Assembly: GCA_965215015.1 (NCBI GenBank)
Contig: OZ244042.1
Location: 512,001-576,000, forward strand
Length of the DNA: 64,000 nt
Direction: 5' to 3'
From: Candidatus Poribacteria bacterium
GTDB lineage: Bacteria > Poribacteria > WGA-4E > PCPOR2b
Both the position numbers and the translations under genes were made by a program. The notes beneath the pieces are model-generated. The model searched no databases. It worked only from the letters and a program-made list of their open reading frames with translations, and had not been told where the DNA came from. Shown one piece after another: positions 28,978 to 38,481 of this stretch. Numbering within the stretch: the stretch's first letter is position 1; each line of letters begins with the position of its first letter.

Positions 28978-30987
28978 TCATTCCGCGACTCGCCATAACC
29001 CCGAACCCAATCGTTTCCCCAAAAGGACACCGATAAATGTATAAGTAAAACCATCGACCAAGATTCGTGTTAGGATATACCAATCCGCGTAAAAGAGGCG
29101 GTAGAGCGTCATGCTCAGTTGGAACTCAACGTATACAATGAGTGCATCGCATAAGCCGAAGATCAATGCTAAGGTCAGCAGGTTCGCGCCTCCAATTGCC
29201 CCGAAATCCAAAGTAATTTTCCGTGCTATTTGAAAACCGGTTTCGAGCAGCAGTACAGCGGTAACAGCATGAAGCAGTATAGTGGGCGTGAGTAGCCCCA
29301 GCGTGACGCCTCCCAACAGGAGTCGAACTGCCGAAACAAGGGTAATCACCCCAAATTTGGGGATGAGCATCAGCAGCGATGTCAGCAAGGCATAGTATAG
29401 CATTTCGTTGATGAGCCCCGTGACCAGAGATGAAATGGGACCGAGTAAGGCAGAAATCAGGTTAGTTAGCAGGGTTGATGGAACATTGATAGCAATGAAT
29501 ATCGTTGTGCCAAACAGGGAAATGAGGATTAGCTGCTTGGTGGAAAAGCGGTTGAACAATTGGGGGTGAAAACAGAGTAGCAATCCAACTCCTAAACCTG
29601 TCACAACGATTACAAGACCGGTAACAAGCAGCGCATGGGTATTGGGTGTCACGATCATCAATGGTCGTGTGGTGCGTAAGACTGTGGCGTCACTTCCCCA
29701 AATTTTCACTTCAATTGCACGCTCATATTGCCCCGCCCCAGTAAAATCTCGATACAATTGGGACAATGGATTGAAATAGATTGGCAGAGGGACGGAAGTG
29801 GTACTCTCTCCCATCAAACTGACAAACGCAAGACTACGATTCGTGCCGGCGTTGACCGCGTCTGGTGGAGATAGGAAAGGAACCGGTGCCCCATCCTTTG
29901 TATCGCGATTCATTGATGCCACAATTGCATGAACCGTTTCCTGCCCTCGATTGTGGATGTGCACTGTTTGATATGCGATAGGCTGGTACTCGTTCATCGG
30001 CCCCGCCTTTGCGCCGAACCATCTACCAAGGCCTCCCAAGAGCGGGCGCGGGTGGGAAATCGCGTCCGGTCGTTGACGAGAGTCGGACATGCCGCTTGGG
30101 TCTGTTGGCATCGTAATCCCCTCAATCCGAAGTTGCCCTGCAATCTCGTCAATAGATGCGGAACGCAATGGGGTCATCGTGCTCCGCCTCCACCGATCTC
30201 CCGACGCGTTTTCAAAGAAAACGTGCCCACGAATCTGTGTGTCCTTGGAGAGAAGCTCATCTGGAATTTTTAAGGTCAATTGGCTGTACCAGACCTCTGA
30301 TTCAACTGTGAATTTCCCTGATGAACTGTAGGATAAGCTATCCGCTTCAACTGCACTGGAACTCAAAGCAACTTCCCTCACCGCGCTGTTCCATATTGGA
30401 TTGTGCGGTAATATTTGAAATGATGCCGGAACCTGAAGTACGACGTGAAAGGTGACAGGCGCCTCCAAACCATTTCGGATCAGCACAGTTGCAGTCATTT
30501 CGATACCTTGTAAGACCAGTGATGCCTTCTGGGCAGATGCTGCCGGCTGAATGTTTAAGCCTGTACCAATACCCGCATTAGCAGCACTATCCCCTTCTAT
30601 TGTGCCGTAAGGGATGGCAATCTCAATCGTCCCTCGCGGATCGGTCTGAGGTGCCTGCACCGTTTGAGTGGTGGATTCACCGTTCTGGTACATCATTTCA
30701 AACTGATACGTTTTCCCCTTTTCCCACCGAAAGTACAGCGACTCGCTGCCACGCGAATATCTGCCGAGGTCAAGTTGGGCCACTAGCCTGCCCTCCGAAT
30801 CAAGTGCGGTGACTTTTTGGACATTCCCTCGAATCGCAGGGTCAAATTCAATTTTTGCACCAAGCGGAAAAAAGGTGGCGGTCCATGGAATCGGGGCTTG
30901 TTCACCACTTTTCGGTGCACAAGCGAGATAACAAAGATAAAAGGACAGGGATAGAAGGCGTGAAACGTAATAGATCTGAGGATTCAA
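28978..30987 (-). CDS. Large extracytoplasmic protein fused to a C-terminal ECF S-component-like membrane domain
   Basis: Possible lipobox YLAC, about 430-aa beta-rich soluble part, one TM, then FSTKQLILISLF...LLMLIPKFGVITL and about 6 TMs. Start codon uncertain. Confidence 0.65.
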   Translation of the reverse strand: MNPQIYYVSRLLSLSFYLCYLACAPKSGEQAPIPWTATFFPLGAKIEFDPAIRGNVQKVTALDSEGRLVAQLDLGRYSRGSESLYFRWEKGKTYQFEMMYQNGESTTQTVQAPQTDPRGTIEIAIPYGTIEGDSAANAGIGTGLNIQPAASAQKASLVLQGIEMTATVLIRNGLEAPVTFHVVLQVPASFQILPHNPIWNSAVREVALSSSAVEADSLSYSSSGKFTVESEVWYSQLTLKIPDELLSKDTQIRGHVFFENASGDRWRRSTMTPLRSASIDEIAGQLRIEGITMPTDPSGMSDSRQRPDAISHPRPLLGGLGRWFGAKAGPMNEYQPIAYQTVHIHNRGQETVHAIVASMNRDTKDGAPVPFLSPPDAVNAGTNRSLAFVSLMGESTTSVPLPIYFNPLSQLYRDFTGAGQYERAIEVKIWGSDATVLRTTRPLMIVTPNTHALLVTGLVIVVTGLGVGLLLCFHPQLFNRFSTKQLILISLFGTTIFIAINVPSTLLTNLISALLGPISSLVTGLINEMLYYALLTSLLMLIPKFGVITLVSAVRLLLGGVTLGLLTPTILLHAVTAVLLLETGFQIARKITLDFGAIGGANLLTLALIFGLCDALIVYVEFQLSMTLYRLFYADWYILTRILVDGFTYTFIGVLLGKRLGSGLWRVAE

Positions 30988-31086
30988 GGATTTTGGAATA
31001 ATGGCTTGAAGACTAAACGAGTTAGCTTAAGGGTTAAGTGATTGGGGAAGTAAACTTTTGGGTTCGTATTAAGGAAGTGTACAACA

Positions 31087-31118
31087 GAAACCGAGTTTTT
31101 CTAAAAAACTCGGTTTCT
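31087..31118. repeat. Palindrome, possible terminator or REP
   Basis: AGAAACCGAGTTTTTCTAAAAAACTCGGTTTCT. A half copy lies near 38417. Confidence 0.55.
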
Positions 31119-31159
31119 CTTCGCATTTTACACTTTCTTTATAGGAGTCAACTTTTTGA

Positions 31160-32440
31160 TTATTCGACATTTTGTCCGAAATAGTTCGCAACACGGACGA
31201 GATCGAATACATCGATAATTCCATCCCGATTGACATCGCCTTGGAGGTTTCTACCTGTTTGTCCAAAGTTGCTTGAAACGATAACCAGATCAAGGATATT
31301 GATTACTCCATCGTGGTTTACATTAGCAGCCATAACTCCTATCGCTTGGAGCTGTGCAACGGCGACGAGATCCGCTCCGGGCCCAACGCCATAGGTATTA
31401 AGCAGTGTCCCATCGGGGGCAACAACATATAACTCGTCCATCCCCCCACCTGTCCAATCCGCCCTTGTGATATACAGGTTATCGTTCTGATCGATTGCTC
31501 CTACTCCACCCAAATCTGTGAGTGGGTTGTCAGCACCGTGAGTCCACGCCTCGCTGACCAGATCGTACACGAGCAATCCAATGGAACTGATAAAGACGCG
31601 CTTCATGCTGTTGATGGTAGGGCCCCCCGCTCCTGTTTCGAGTTCAATCGTTTTTTCGATTTCATCAGTAACCGTGTCGATAAACACGACCGCCCCTGGG
31701 ATACCACCGGGGACGATCCATCCGCCAACACCCGCGGACACTGCAATGACCTTAGATTCGCCATCGTTTGTGATACCGCTTGTGTTTATCGGCATTGGGA
31801 TGGTTTTTAAGACCGTGTCGGTCTTTATATCAATCACTGTAACGTTACTCTCATCATCATAGCTAACGTTCCAGGTGCCCGGCTCCTTAACATACGCTGA
31901 ATTAGCGACGTACGCCTTTCCGTTAAGAATCGTGATTCCATCCGGCATTGGACCGCAAGGAATACGCTTAACAATGCTCCTCCGGTTCAGATCTACCACT
32001 TTGATTTCATTGGCGTATAGACCTGTAACGTATGCTTTAGAGGGAGGGATAAGGGCAATCTGCTTTGGGGTGGTATCGGAGTCAATTGGGATGCTTCCGA
32101 CATTTGAGCGGGTCAACAGATTGATAATTTCGACAGACCCACCGCGTGGATCAAAAAATGGGTCTGGGTATTGGTTGAGAACGTAGAGAAGATTCCCTTG
32201 AACCTCTAGATCACTGGGTATGACCTCCCCAAGTGGAATGATCTCATTCTCAACCGCCCTCTTCAAGTTAGGCTCATCAAGATTGACAATTGAGAGCGAC
32301 GGGGAAATGCCGGCTTCTGGTTTTCGCAAACCGTTGGCGACGATTGCTAGATTTTGTACACCTTTTTGAGCATAAACGCTCAAGGCAAGAAAAATGAAAA
32401 TTGCGAGTACAGATGCGAATGTGAACCTGCGTATAAACAT
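31160..32440 (-). CDS. Secreted YncE/BtuG-like beta-propeller with C-terminal dockerin
   Basis: Signal peptide; KAYVTGLYANEIKVVDL...IPCGPMPDGI..NGKAYVANS; dockerin NVNHDGVINILDLV...GDVNRDGIIDVFDLV; first gene after the B12 riboswitch. Confidence 0.8.
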   Translation of the reverse strand: MFIRRFTFASVLAIFIFLALSVYAQKGVQNLAIVANGLRKPEAGISPSLSIVNLDEPNLKRAVENEIIPLGEVIPSDLEVQGNLLYVLNQYPDPFFDPRGGSVEIINLLTRSNVGSIPIDSDTTPKQIALIPPSKAYVTGLYANEIKVVDLNRRSIVKRIPCGPMPDGITILNGKAYVANSAYVKEPGTWNVSYDDESNVTVIDIKTDTVLKTIPMPINTSGITNDGESKVIAVSAGVGGWIVPGGIPGAVVFIDTVTDEIEKTIELETGAGGPTINSMKRVFISSIGLLVYDLVSEAWTHGADNPLTDLGGVGAIDQNDNLYITRADWTGGGMDELYVVAPDGTLLNTYGVGPGADLVAVAQLQAIGVMAANVNHDGVINILDLVIVSSNFGQTGRNLQGDVNRDGIIDVFDLVRVANYFGQNVE

Positions 32441-32448
32441 AACTGAAC

Positions 32449-32640
32449 TAGGACTTACGCACTTCGATTGTGAAAATCGTGTCCTATTTCATGCTGCCTA
32501 TGACCTTGGCAGACGCCCCGTCCATGGAAATTCATTCGTGGATACAGGTTTACCAACTTGTGATCGCCGGTAGATTAGGAAACCCGCCACCACGAATGGG
32601 ATGCCCCCAAGGTGCTGATTGCTCAACTGCGTAAGTCCTA
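32449..32640. mobile_element. MITE family B, 192 bp, with 5-bp target-site duplication
   Basis: Perfect 13-bp TIR TAGGACTTACGCA; TGAAC direct repeats at 32444-32448 and 32641-32645. Confidence 0.85.
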
Positions 32641-32694
32641 TGAACCTTCCTTTCATCAATAATATAGCGGTGTCAGCTGTAGGTTTTGCAGTTT

Positions 32695-32734
32695 AAAAAC
32701 AAAAAACCCCAGCTTTCACGTCGAAAGCTGGGGT
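32695..32734 (-). terminator. Intrinsic terminator (riboswitch expression platform)
   Basis: Minus strand ACCCCAGCTTTC-GACGT-GAAAGCTGGGGT-TTTTTGTTTTT. Competing AGCTTTCG at 32818-32825 could act as antiterminator. Confidence 0.8.
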
Positions 32735-32840
32735 GTGGTCCGCCATTTACATCTGTAATATGCAAGTATACTCAAGCATGATGAGTCGGCAAAGAACCCT
32801 ATTTCACAGCCTTCCCGCGAAAGCTACCATGTAAAATCAG

Positions 32841-33012
32841 ATTCAGGTAGGTCTCCTGACTCACGACAACACATTGTCCGCCTTCCCATCCTGACTTGGG
32901 ACAGTGGCTTTCTGGACACGGTTCAAGGTCGTTTACAGTGGCGGGGCCGTGGCGGATTCTCACCGCGCTTCCCTGTTCTCTGGCAATTTTCATCAATTGT
33001 CAGCACCTGAAT
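32841..33012 (-). promoter_or_regulatory. Cobalamin (AdoCbl) riboswitch
   Basis: Minus strand: ATTCAGGT...AACAGGGAA..CGGTGAGAATCCG..CGGCCCCGCCACTGT...AGCCACTG...TGGGAAGG...GAGTCAGGAGACCTACCTGAAT (B12 box and P1 closure). Confidence 0.95.
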
Positions 33013-33065
33013 CAACAAATATGCAATTTTGAAATGTTTCTTCGCTTCTGTTTGAAGCGTCGCCA

Positions 33066-33094
33066 ATTATAACAGATTGTCGAAAAATTGTCAA
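33066..33094 (-). promoter_or_regulatory. sigma70 promoter of the riboswitch leader
   Basis: TTGACA-N17-TATAAT on the minus strand. Confidence 0.75.
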
Positions 33095-33182
33095 AAGAAT
33101 TTATGAAGAGCTAGAAAAGGGGGAAGTAAAAAAGTTGTGGAGAGACTGGTGAGGTGGACGAAAAAAGACTGAGAAAAGCGTG

Positions 33183-34370
33183 CTATTTCCTGTTCCCTAG
33201 TACGACTTCGCGCAGAAGGAATTGTCCATCTCGGTAAATTTTAACCGTAACGCGGGTATCGGGTGGAGAGCTTGCGACCCGTTTTTTGAGTTCAAGGAAT
33301 GTGCGGACAGGTTTCCCCTTAAATTCAACGATAACGTCTTGATTTTTAAGACCGGACTTGTGAGCGGGGCTACCCTTTGAAACTTCTGTGACACAGACAC
33401 CAACAGCAGTGGTTCGTTCGCTTTCTTGTTCAAGTCGAACCCCAAGCCAACCGCGAGGAACTTTACCGTATTGAGTCAGTTGTTTGGCGATATGTTTCAC
33501 TGTGTTAATCGGAATAGCAAAACCAACCTCGCTTCTCGTCCAGATTTGTCCGAAGGGTGTTCCGACGTTTAGCATGGTGGCTTGTCTCTGGGGTAATTCT
33601 AGAGTGGGGGCATTGAGCCAATGTGATATCTGTTTGAGATAGGGATCTTCCAGCTTCGCCGCGATGACGCCAACAATTTCTCCCGACATATTAATAACGG
33701 CACCCCCACTATTACCCGGATTCACAGAGGCGTTGATCTTAATTGCATCATAAAACGGTCGGTCGGGTAAAATTTCTAAGCCGCTGACCGTTCCAAAGGA
33801 GAGTGTTGGAGACCGTCCATAAGAGCAGCCGACTGTGATAACCCACGACCCCGTATCGATCTGATCGGAATCCCCAATTTTCGTCTGGGGAAGGTTATCA
33901 TTCTCAACAGAGAGGACAGCGATATCTGTTAGGGCATCTACGCCAAGCAGTGTTGCGGCTGCGCGCCCTTCATTTGCAAATACGACTTCAATTCCATCCG
34001 CATTTTCAACGACCCCCGCGGTGGTTACAATGTGTCCGGCTGAATCAATGATAATGCCGGATCCAATGTTCTCGTAACAGAAGACAGCTGTTGGATCGTC
34101 AGCTAGCAACTCCCTCTGTCTTCCCGAAATTTTTTGGGCGGTGACTGTGCACGTCGCCACAACCTCAACGACAGACGGTTCCACAGAGTTTACTATCGCT
34201 TGAAACTCTCGTTCCATGGACTGCAGCACACTTTCTTCAGCAATCGCATTGCAAAGGCAAGCCGAAAACAACGCAATAGCAAGGACGAATGACTTATGAT
34301 ACAGGTGAATGGAGAAACCGTTGACAGATCCCTTGCATCTGTTCTTCTGTATCTGAATTGTTTTGTTCAT
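33183..34370 (-). CDS. HtrA/DegS-like S1C protease with one PDZ domain (catalytic His position substituted)
   Basis: GSGIII, TTAGVV, TDIAVL, NPGNSGG, GFAIP, RGWLGV, GSPA. Confidence 0.85.
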   Translation of the reverse strand: MNKTIQIQKNRCKGSVNGFSIHLYHKSFVLAIALFSACLCNAIAEESVLQSMEREFQAIVNSVEPSVVEVVATCTVTAQKISGRQRELLADDPTAVFCYENIGSGIIIDSAGHIVTTAGVVENADGIEVVFANEGRAAATLLGVDALTDIAVLSVENDNLPQTKIGDSDQIDTGSWVITVGCSYGRSPTLSFGTVSGLEILPDRPFYDAIKINASVNPGNSGGAVINMSGEIVGVIAAKLEDPYLKQISHWLNAPTLELPQRQATMLNVGTPFGQIWTRSEVGFAIPINTVKHIAKQLTQYGKVPRGWLGVRLEQESERTTAVGVCVTEVSKGSPAHKSGLKNQDVIVEFKGKPVRTFLELKKRVASSPPDTRVTVKIYRDGQFLLREVVLGNRK

Positions 34371-35014
34371 TACAAGCCTCCACCTGTAGGGGCTTCTGTG
34401 TAGTTAATGATCTGCAAAATATAGTTCTGTTCTAGCCGCTGCGGCTGTTGGCTGCTACGCACAGGTTGTAGGTTAAACGCCGGGAATTGTGGTTGCTGGC
34501 TGGTAGGCACAGGTTGTAGATTAAGCACTGAGGGTTCTGGAAAATTGACTAGGGATTGCGGCTCTTGACTAGGCATGGCTAAAGGAAATTGCTGCCTCCG
34601 CGACTCAACCCCGCGTCCTTCTAAGGTCTCTGGTGCTGTAACGATTTCAACCGGCTGGGGTTTAATCAGTGTTTTTTGATAAAAATAAAAACCCGCGCCT
34701 ATCACTAGCAGCACCGCAATTCCATTCAATACCAAACGAGTTTGACCATGCCAGGGCTGCAACACGCGTCGCCAAAACGGAATTGATTCAACTTGGGTAT
34801 CCGCAAGACGGACTTGCAAGGCAGCATTGAATCCGGTTGATGGTTCAATCTGCGGTAACTGATGTAGCAGATTGAGGGGCTTGCGGAATAGCGTAAACTC
34901 GCGATGGCACGACTTGCAGGTGTTCAGATGGGTTTCAAATGCCCTGACTGTCTGATAGTCTAATTCATCTTCCAGATACGCAGAAAACTGTTCTTCAGCT
35001 TTTAAGCAGTTCAT
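34370..35014 (-). CDS. Zinc-binding (zf-HC2) transmembrane anti-sigma factor
   Basis: MNC...SAYLEDEL...HLNTCKSC, single TM; directly downstream of the ECF sigma. Confidence 0.88.
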   Translation of the reverse strand: MNCLKAEEQFSAYLEDELDYQTVRAFETHLNTCKSCHREFTLFRKPLNLLHQLPQIEPSTGFNAALQVRLADTQVESIPFWRRVLQPWHGQTRLVLNGIAVLLVIGAGFYFYQKTLIKPQPVEIVTAPETLEGRGVESRRQQFPLAMPSQEPQSLVNFPEPSVLNLQPVPTSQQPQFPAFNLQPVRSSQQPQRLEQNYILQIINYTEAPTGGGL

Positions 35015-35616
35015 GATGACTCCACAAAACTTCTTAATTTGTCTTTTAACATAAGTCGTGCGCGGTTGATGCGCGATTTTGTCGTTCCGAGCGGGAGAGT
35101 CAACGTTTCGCTGATTTCTTCATAGCTCAACTCTTGCAGGTCCCGGAGAATTAATGGCAACCGATACCGTTCGGGGAGTTCCGAAATCGCGCTTTGCACA
35201 GCGTGTTCACGTTCTTTTTGTTCAAGTTGGTTTCCGGGTTGGAGGGAGACATCTGCGGGGGCGGTCACAATCAGATCCTCTTCAGTCGGTTCTGGACCCA
35301 AGGAGGGTTCGGTGGTCACACTATCAACGAAGAATCGGCCACGCCGCCCCCGATTTCGTAGTTCATTCTTGCAAAGATTGGAGGCAATGTGATACATCCA
35401 AGTGCTGAACTTTGCCGCCCCGGATTTGTATCGTTTGATTGCTTTGAACATACGAACAAACGTCTCCTGTGCCAAGTCCTCAGCGGCGTCCGGATTGCCT
35501 AAGAACCGAGCGATGAAATTCACCAGAGGGACCTGATTTCGACGCACGATCAGATCAAACGCCTCCATATCCCCTTGTTGACATTGTTTCATCAATTCAT
35601 CGTCCAGATCTGGCAT
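35011..35616 (-). CDS. ECF RNA polymerase sigma factor (RpoE/SigW-like)
   Basis: AEDLAQETF, FSTWMYHIASN, LSYEEI..LPLGTTKSRINRAR. Confidence 0.93.
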   Translation of the reverse strand: MPDLDDELMKQCQQGDMEAFDLIVRRNQVPLVNFIARFLGNPDAAEDLAQETFVRMFKAIKRYKSGAAKFSTWMYHIASNLCKNELRNRGRRGRFFVDSVTTEPSLGPEPTEEDLIVTAPADVSLQPGNQLEQKEREHAVQSAISELPERYRLPLILRDLQELSYEEISETLTLPLGTTKSRINRARLMLKDKLRSFVESS

Positions 35617-35918
35617 AACGGGTCCTCCGCGGGTGCTTGATTAGAAACACACCAGTCGATCCAGGAAGTTGCAACCTTTGTCTAAAAATTTGACGGATTT
35701 CTTATTGATTCCTGTAGAAATTTCCTACGCTCCTATCAAATTCATAGATAAGGAGTGTCTAAAAGGAAATTTTTGTTGACTCAAGGTCAAAAAAACTGTA
35801 AAATGAGTCTTGTTGACAGGTGTTGTAGCGAAATAGGTAAACCGGTACGAGTTCCCATCTATATCGAAGCAACCCGCGGGATAGATTCGCATCAAATGAT
35901 TATAGCAAGGAGAGTACA

Positions 35919-36938
35919 ATGCAATCAACAAGAATTTTGAACCTAATGCTAATTTTAACCATGTTTGGGCTGTTGGTACTCCCCCACGCTTATGGCGGTG
36001 GGAAGTGGACAGTCCTACGGAATGATGACTTTATACGTGATGATGGTGTATGGGGACATCTTCAGGATGTGGAGTTTATCGATGGGATGAACGGTTGGGC
36101 TGTAGGATCTGATGGACTGATTTTACAGACAACTGATGGTGGAAAGACATGGGCACCGACAATAGTTGAGATGGAACGCCAAGTTTATTTTTGGAATGTT
36201 TATTTCCGGGACGCAAGTGTCGGTTTTATCACAGGAACGAGGGGGACTATCTTCAAGACAACCGATGGTGGTCAAACTTGGGAGCCTAAAGTAGCAATCA
36301 ATGAAAGCCGCCTGGATCGAGAGGGAAATCCCGCAGTCCTTGGTCGCCGCTTAATAGATACGTGGATGGTGGATGAACAGACTGGATTTATGGTTGGAGA
36401 AAACGACACCTTTATTAAAACCACCGATGGCGGTGAAAGTTGGGTTGGCACAGGCAAGCGCGTGGCTGTTGGAAATACGCGCAATAACTTTGAACGTATC
36501 CATTTTGCCTCGCCCACACTCGGTTGGATAGTCGGTTCTTTTGGAACGATCTTGAGGACCACCGATGGCGGTGAAACGTGGGAAAACCAGGACGCTGGCG
36601 TTGACAATAATCTGAAAGGGGTCAATTTTGTCGATGAAAACACCGGCTGGATTGCGGGCCAGGAAGGTGTAATCCTCCACACCCAAGATGGGGGAGTCAC
36701 ATGGACAAAGCAGGAGACAAAGTCTTACGATAGCTTATATGATATCGCCTTCGTTGATCCACAAACAGGCTGGGCTGTCGGCGATTTTGGAACCATCTTG
36801 CACACCACCGATGGCGGACAAACATGGATACGTGAAGAAACCGGAAACTCCACACCACTGTACGCCATCCACGCAATAGATAAAGCGCACCGATGGGGTG
36901 TTGGCGAGAACGGATTAATCATAGGAGTTGGGCAATAA
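35919..36938 (+). CDS. YCF48-related BNR/Asp-box repeat beta-propeller, secreted
   Basis: Repeated GW.VG..G.IL.TTDGG.TW; signal peptide. Confidence 0.88.
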   Translation: MQSTRILNLMLILTMFGLLVLPHAYGGGKWTVLRNDDFIRDDGVWGHLQDVEFIDGMNGWAVGSDGLILQTTDGGKTWAPTIVEMERQVYFWNVYFRDASVGFITGTRGTIFKTTDGGQTWEPKVAINESRLDREGNPAVLGRRLIDTWMVDEQTGFMVGENDTFIKTTDGGESWVGTGKRVAVGNTRNNFERIHFASPTLGWIVGSFGTILRTTDGGETWENQDAGVDNNLKGVNFVDENTGWIAGQEGVILHTQDGGVTWTKQETKSYDSLYDIAFVDPQTGWAVGDFGTILHTTDGGQTWIREETGNSTPLYAIHAIDKAHRWGVGENGLIIGVGQ

Positions 36939-36985
36939 TGTCCTTGCTGGAAGCCAATGACTCCATTTTCAGGTTGAGGTGCTGA

Positions 36986-38389
36986 ATGGCAGACCTCAAG
37001 AACAAGAACATTGACGAACATTTCGTCCAGACCGTGTGGAATGAGCAGCGGTTCTCCGATTTTGATTTCAAATCCACAGATGGGCGTTCAATTCAGGTGA
37101 TCAAGCCGGGCTTCTGGAATAGCGATGAAGGACCGGACTTTGTGCAGGCGGAGCTTTTGATTGGTGGGGCCCTATATGCCGGTGATGTAGAAATCCATAT
37201 CAATTCGTCCGGTTGGTATAATCACAAGCACCATCTCGATCCAAGGTACAATCGTGTCATCTTGCATGTCGTTTACTTAAACGATGACATCAACCTCCGG
37301 ACGCGGCTTCAGAACGGGAAGCGGATTCCAACGCTCGAAATCTTGAACCGACTTGATGCACCGATCGGCGATCTTTTTGACGAGAGAAGGGAAAGTCAGG
37401 AAATATCTGCCAACGACTGCCGGGTAACGGGCAAGACGCTCAAAATTGAGTGTGTCCAATCGGTCTTTGAGGACCTGGGGCAGGAACGCTTGATGGAAAA
37501 AGCCGATGGGATGCGAAATCTGTTGATTCGAGTTGATTTTGAACAGCTGTTATACGAAGGCATCATGGAGGCTCTGGGCTATGCAAGGAACCGCAAGCCC
37601 TTCCGGGAATTGGCACAACGGGTGCCTCTGTCAGAACTGCTTGGCAAATCCGATGAATTAATTCAGGCCATCCTGTTTGGTGTGGCAGGGTTGCTGCCCT
37701 CGCAGTCCCAGCAGAAAACCGAATGGGACGAAGGGGGTAGGAAGTTCATCGAACGGTTGGAGTCAAGTTGGGAATCCGCTGAACAGTACAAGCACCCTGC
37801 ACGTATGACAGCAGAACAGTGGCATTTTGCCAAGATGCGTCCAGCCAATTACCCCTCTCGCCGCATCCCTGCCATCGCCCAAATTATCAGTCGCTGTCAA
37901 GATACCCTGATGATGGATTTCCTGCCGTTAATTGAGGATGCAGCAACAGCAAATCAGAGGGCTTTGGCACGTATTCGGCACCGATTGCAAGAGAGGTTGA
38001 CCCTTGCTCCCTCCGGTTACTGGGAAGCCCATTCCCATTTCGGCAAAGGCATCCCGCAGCGCGGTGCTGCGCTCATTGGCACTGCTCGTGCCTCCGACAT
38101 TATTGTCAACACCTTGTTGCCAATTACGTTAGTATGGGCTGAACAGTCCCAAAGTCCAAAGCTGACAGAAGCGGTGCAGCGATTGTACGATAGCTATCCA
38201 AAACTACAGGAAAATCATACTACTCAACAGATTGAGACACAAATTTTCAGCCAAGAGCAACCAATTAAACTCATCTCCCCTTCTGCCAAGAAACAGCAGG
38301 GCGCAATTTATCTCCACAGAAATTTCTGTAGCAGCCGTCTCTGCGATTGCTGTCCTGTCATTGAGGGAAATGGAATCATTAAAAACTAA
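36986..38389 (+). CDS. DUF2851 family protein
   Basis: PGFWNSDEGPDF, GDVEIH, WYNHKHHLDPRYNRVILHVV, RPANYP.RRI, C-terminal C..C..CP. Confidence 0.88.
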   Translation: MADLKNKNIDEHFVQTVWNEQRFSDFDFKSTDGRSIQVIKPGFWNSDEGPDFVQAELLIGGALYAGDVEIHINSSGWYNHKHHLDPRYNRVILHVVYLNDDINLRTRLQNGKRIPTLEILNRLDAPIGDLFDERRESQEISANDCRVTGKTLKIECVQSVFEDLGQERLMEKADGMRNLLIRVDFEQLLYEGIMEALGYARNRKPFRELAQRVPLSELLGKSDELIQAILFGVAGLLPSQSQQKTEWDEGGRKFIERLESSWESAEQYKHPARMTAEQWHFAKMRPANYPSRRIPAIAQIISRCQDTLMMDFLPLIEDAATANQRALARIRHRLQERLTLAPSGYWEAHSHFGKGIPQRGAALIGTARASDIIVNTLLPITLVWAEQSQSPKLTEAVQRLYDSYPKLQENHTTQQIETQIFSQEQPIKLISPSAKKQQGAIYLHRNFCSSRLCDCCPVIEGNGIIKN

Positions 38390-38481
38390 TGGCTCATGTT
38401 AAGAAATCGTGCAGCAGAAACCGAGCTTTCGGCAAAAACCATGAGTCAAACTAATATATCAGTATTTAGAGGAGGTTACGT

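Noticed and set aside
32799-32996. 65-aa ORF as a leader peptide
   Set aside because: It lies over the cobalamin riboswitch aptamer and has no convincing RBS
35641-35672. Autoregulatory ECF promoter (GCAACTT...TCTAA) upstream of the sigma gene
   Set aside because: Plausible, but the spacing is ambiguous and no second instance supports it
35919-36938. YCF48 similarity as evidence of photosynthesis
   Set aside because: It is a generic BNR-repeat propeller widespread in non-phototrophs, with no photosynthesis genes nearby
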